Positions 54,236 to 56,130 of a stretch of 56,130 nt of DNA are shown piece by piece (position 1 is the stretch's first letter; each line of letters opens with the position of its first letter). The stretch comes from a virus (Duplodnaviria; Caudoviricetes), in the IMG/VR virus record IMGVR_UViG_3300029985_000050, positions 1-56,130 of that record. The stretch is one strand, 5' to 3'. The translations under genes and the position numbers were made by a program. The notes under the pieces were generated by a model, which worked only from the letters and a program-made list of their open reading frames with translations, did no database searches and was not told where the DNA came from.

Positions 54236-54948
54236 TTCAGAAGCTCCTGCAGGGAGGCCTTGTCGAGAGCGACCTGTGCTCTCGCGACAGTGTGCAGCGT
54301 GGCGGCGGCTGTGGCCGCAGCGACGGCAGCGGTGAGGAAGGACGCACCGGCGGAGATCCCGGCCCCGACGTTCGTGAAGTTCAGCGTCAAATCCTGTCGA
54401 AGCTGGTCCAGCTCGGCGTAGATCGTCTCCAGCTCCGCCCGGAGGTCGGTCTGGGCGTTTCGAATCCCGACCGTCGCGCCCAGCTCCACGATCGAGCCGT
54501 TCCCGCTCACCAGCACCACGGCATCCATCGTCGCGCTGGCGGGGAACTCCGGTGCGGAGCTCCAAGTCCAGAGGCCGGGGATGGCGATGGCGTCGGTCAG
54601 GGCGTGACGGTCCAGCGAGCCCGGGTCGGCTAGGTCGCTCCCGTCGCTCTGCAGGTATCTCCCGATCCCCACCTCGGAGAACACCAGCGTCACGCCGTCG
54701 CCCGGGTTGATCGGGAAGAACAGGGTGCCCAGGGCGGAGGAGGGGAACACCACCGGCACGCCGCCGATGGGCGGGATGTCCATGAGCACACCGTTGGAGG
54801 ACGGGAGCCGAACGGAGGGCTGGACCGTGGCGCGGCGGGTCTTGTGGCCGTCGTAGGACGTCACGATCCCGGGGATGCTGGTGTGGACGCCTTCGATGTT
54901 GGCGTCGATCAGGAACTGGACGGCCTCGGGAAGGGTGATCTTCGACAT
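54232..54948 (-). CDS. Baseplate spike (Gp138-like N-terminal domain)
   Basis: HTSIPGIV, VPVVFP, PINPGD..LVFSE, RHALTDAIAIPG. Confidence 0.82.
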   Translation of the reverse strand: MSKITLPEAVQFLIDANIEGVHTSIPGIVTSYDGHKTRRATVQPSVRLPSSNGVLMDIPPIGGVPVVFPSSALGTLFFPINPGDGVTLVFSEVGIGRYLQSDGSDLADPGSLDRHALTDAIAIPGLWTWSSAPEFPASATMDAVVLVSGNGSIVELGATVGIRNAQTDLRAELETIYAELDQLRQDLTLNFTNVGAGISAGASFLTAAVAAATAAATLHTVARAQVALDKASLQELLK

Positions 54949-56012
54949 CAGACGTTCCCCGACGCATCGCGCGATGCGTGGATCGCCATGTCGAAGTCCT
55001 CGCCAAAGTTCGTCAGGCGATAGGTGATGTCGTCCGCCACGAGAAGCATGTATCCGTCGGTGGAGAGCGCCGGGTGACTTACCTTGACGGGGCAGTTGGG
55101 GCGGGCAATGTGGTTGACGAGCCCGTGGAGCTCGACACGCTCCCGCTTGGCTTCGGCGTCAGCGTACTTCTTATACCACACGGTCTGCGCGGCGCGTGTC
55201 TGCCCGTCAGGAGACTTTCGCTTGTTGTAGGCCGCTTGGGCCTTCTGGAGCGCCCGCGCAGCCTTGACCTCTTTGCGCCAGGCCGTGACCTCGTGGACCA
55301 CCCACTTGGCGCTGGTGAGTCCGCTGGTGAGGTCCCACATCAGCGTTTCGATTTGGAAGTCGGGCTGGCCCGCCTTGAAGACGCGAAGTTCTGCGAGGTC
55401 GTAGTAGAGCCCCAAGTTGACCCCGGGTGCGGCAAGGATCTTCTCGACCCTCCGGAACATCTTCCGCATCGGCCCCACATCCACGAAGCCGCCCTGGGGA
55501 ACGATGTTCGATACGTTCACCCCGAAGACCGGCACCCCGAGGATCAGGCCCAGGCCGTTGAGGATCGTCTGGAGGTCGGTGCCGGGGTCGTAGGAGACTG
55601 CGGTCAGAAGAGTTTCGAATTCCATCGACCGCGCGCGGAAGCCGTAGGCGTTGATGGTCGTCACCCAGTCGCTCTCGATCAGCGTCGATGTGGCGTAGTC
55701 GATCTGGCCCAAGAAGATCGTGCCGAAACCCTCGTCGGTGTAGCCCGCGTCCACCCGCAGGATCTTGCCCGGATCTTCCAACCACTTCCTCGTGTCGGAG
55801 TTCAAGTTCATGATCTTGACTTCGGCGACGTTGCGATCCATCGTGTTCGAACGGTGGACCTCCGCGGAGGCGTGCAGGGAATCCTCGCCGGTGACGTGGT
55901 TGATCCCGGCGAGCTGGTAAAGTTCGCCCTGCAGCATGAGCGTCGCTGTGCCCACCTGCGTCCCCGCAGGATTGTCCCCCGCGTAGATGTCCAAAACCCT
56001 ACCGAACGCCAT
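54948..56012 (-). CDS. Baseplate hub / tail protein
   Basis: AEVKIMNLN, DAGY..GTIFLGQI; upstream of the spike. Confidence 0.75.
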   Translation of the reverse strand: MAFGRVLDIYAGDNPAGTQVGTATLMLQGELYQLAGINHVTGEDSLHASAEVHRSNTMDRNVAEVKIMNLNSDTRKWLEDPGKILRVDAGYTDEGFGTIFLGQIDYATSTLIESDWVTTINAYGFRARSMEFETLLTAVSYDPGTDLQTILNGLGLILGVPVFGVNVSNIVPQGGFVDVGPMRKMFRRVEKILAAPGVNLGLYYDLAELRVFKAGQPDFQIETLMWDLTSGLTSAKWVVHEVTAWRKEVKAARALQKAQAAYNKRKSPDGQTRAAQTVWYKKYADAEAKRERVELHGLVNHIARPNCPVKVSHPALSTDGYMLLVADDITYRLTNFGEDFDMAIHASRDASGNV

Positions 56013-56130
56013 TTTGCACCTCCCAGGCGGCGATCTCGGTGGCGTTGAGGTAGCAGAGGAACCACTGGGATCCCAGGTCCGGGAACGCGATGGGCTGTCC
56101 CACGACGCCGCTGGAGGCTGGGAAGACGAT
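55999..56130 (-). CDS. Partial tail/baseplate protein (C-terminus only)
   Basis: Open frame ..DLGSQWFLCYLNATEIAAWEVQNGVR* running off the window edge. Confidence 0.55.
   Translation of the reverse strand: MVFPASSGVVGQPIAFPDLGSQWFLCYLNATEIAAWEVQNGVR

Larger units (their letters stand above)
5473..56130. mobile_element. Contractile-tailed (myovirus-type) phage or prophage, partial
   Basis: Terminase, portal, DNA polymerase, primase-helicase, endolysin and baseplate J/spike/hub genes; uniformly high GC; no capsid, sheath or integrase in window. Confidence 0.93.

Overview
Two very different regions. (1) 1-5428 is a lower-GC, integron-type gene-cassette array. It has six attC-like hairpin sites (ACCTAAC...GTTAGGY, 64-65 bp) and no integrase in the window. 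Four consecutive cassettes encode paralogous proteins with a signal peptide, a TM helix and a conserved C-terminal domain, behind shared modular leaders. The last attC is a perfect 30-bp palindrome. (2) 5473-56130 is a GC-rich contractile-tailed phage or prophage. Minus strand: terS, terL and portal, running straight into the array. Plus strand: an early region of small genes (including a ComEA-like protein) and a replication/metabolism block (RtcB, family A DNA polymerase, PD-(D/E)XK nuclease, VRR-NUC, SNF2 helicase, primase-helicase, C5 methyltransferase, HNH, ThyX, ATP-dependent ligase, a tRNA-like RNA). Minus strand again: baseplate, fibre and lysis genes. The strongest candidates for something new are the attC array sitting where head genes should follow the portal, tail-fibre-like proteins with Sec-type signal peptides, a patatin inside the lysis cassette, and a tRNA-like RNA with an expanded anticodon loop in an RtcB-encoding phage. 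All product calls come from motif recognition by eye; no searches were run.
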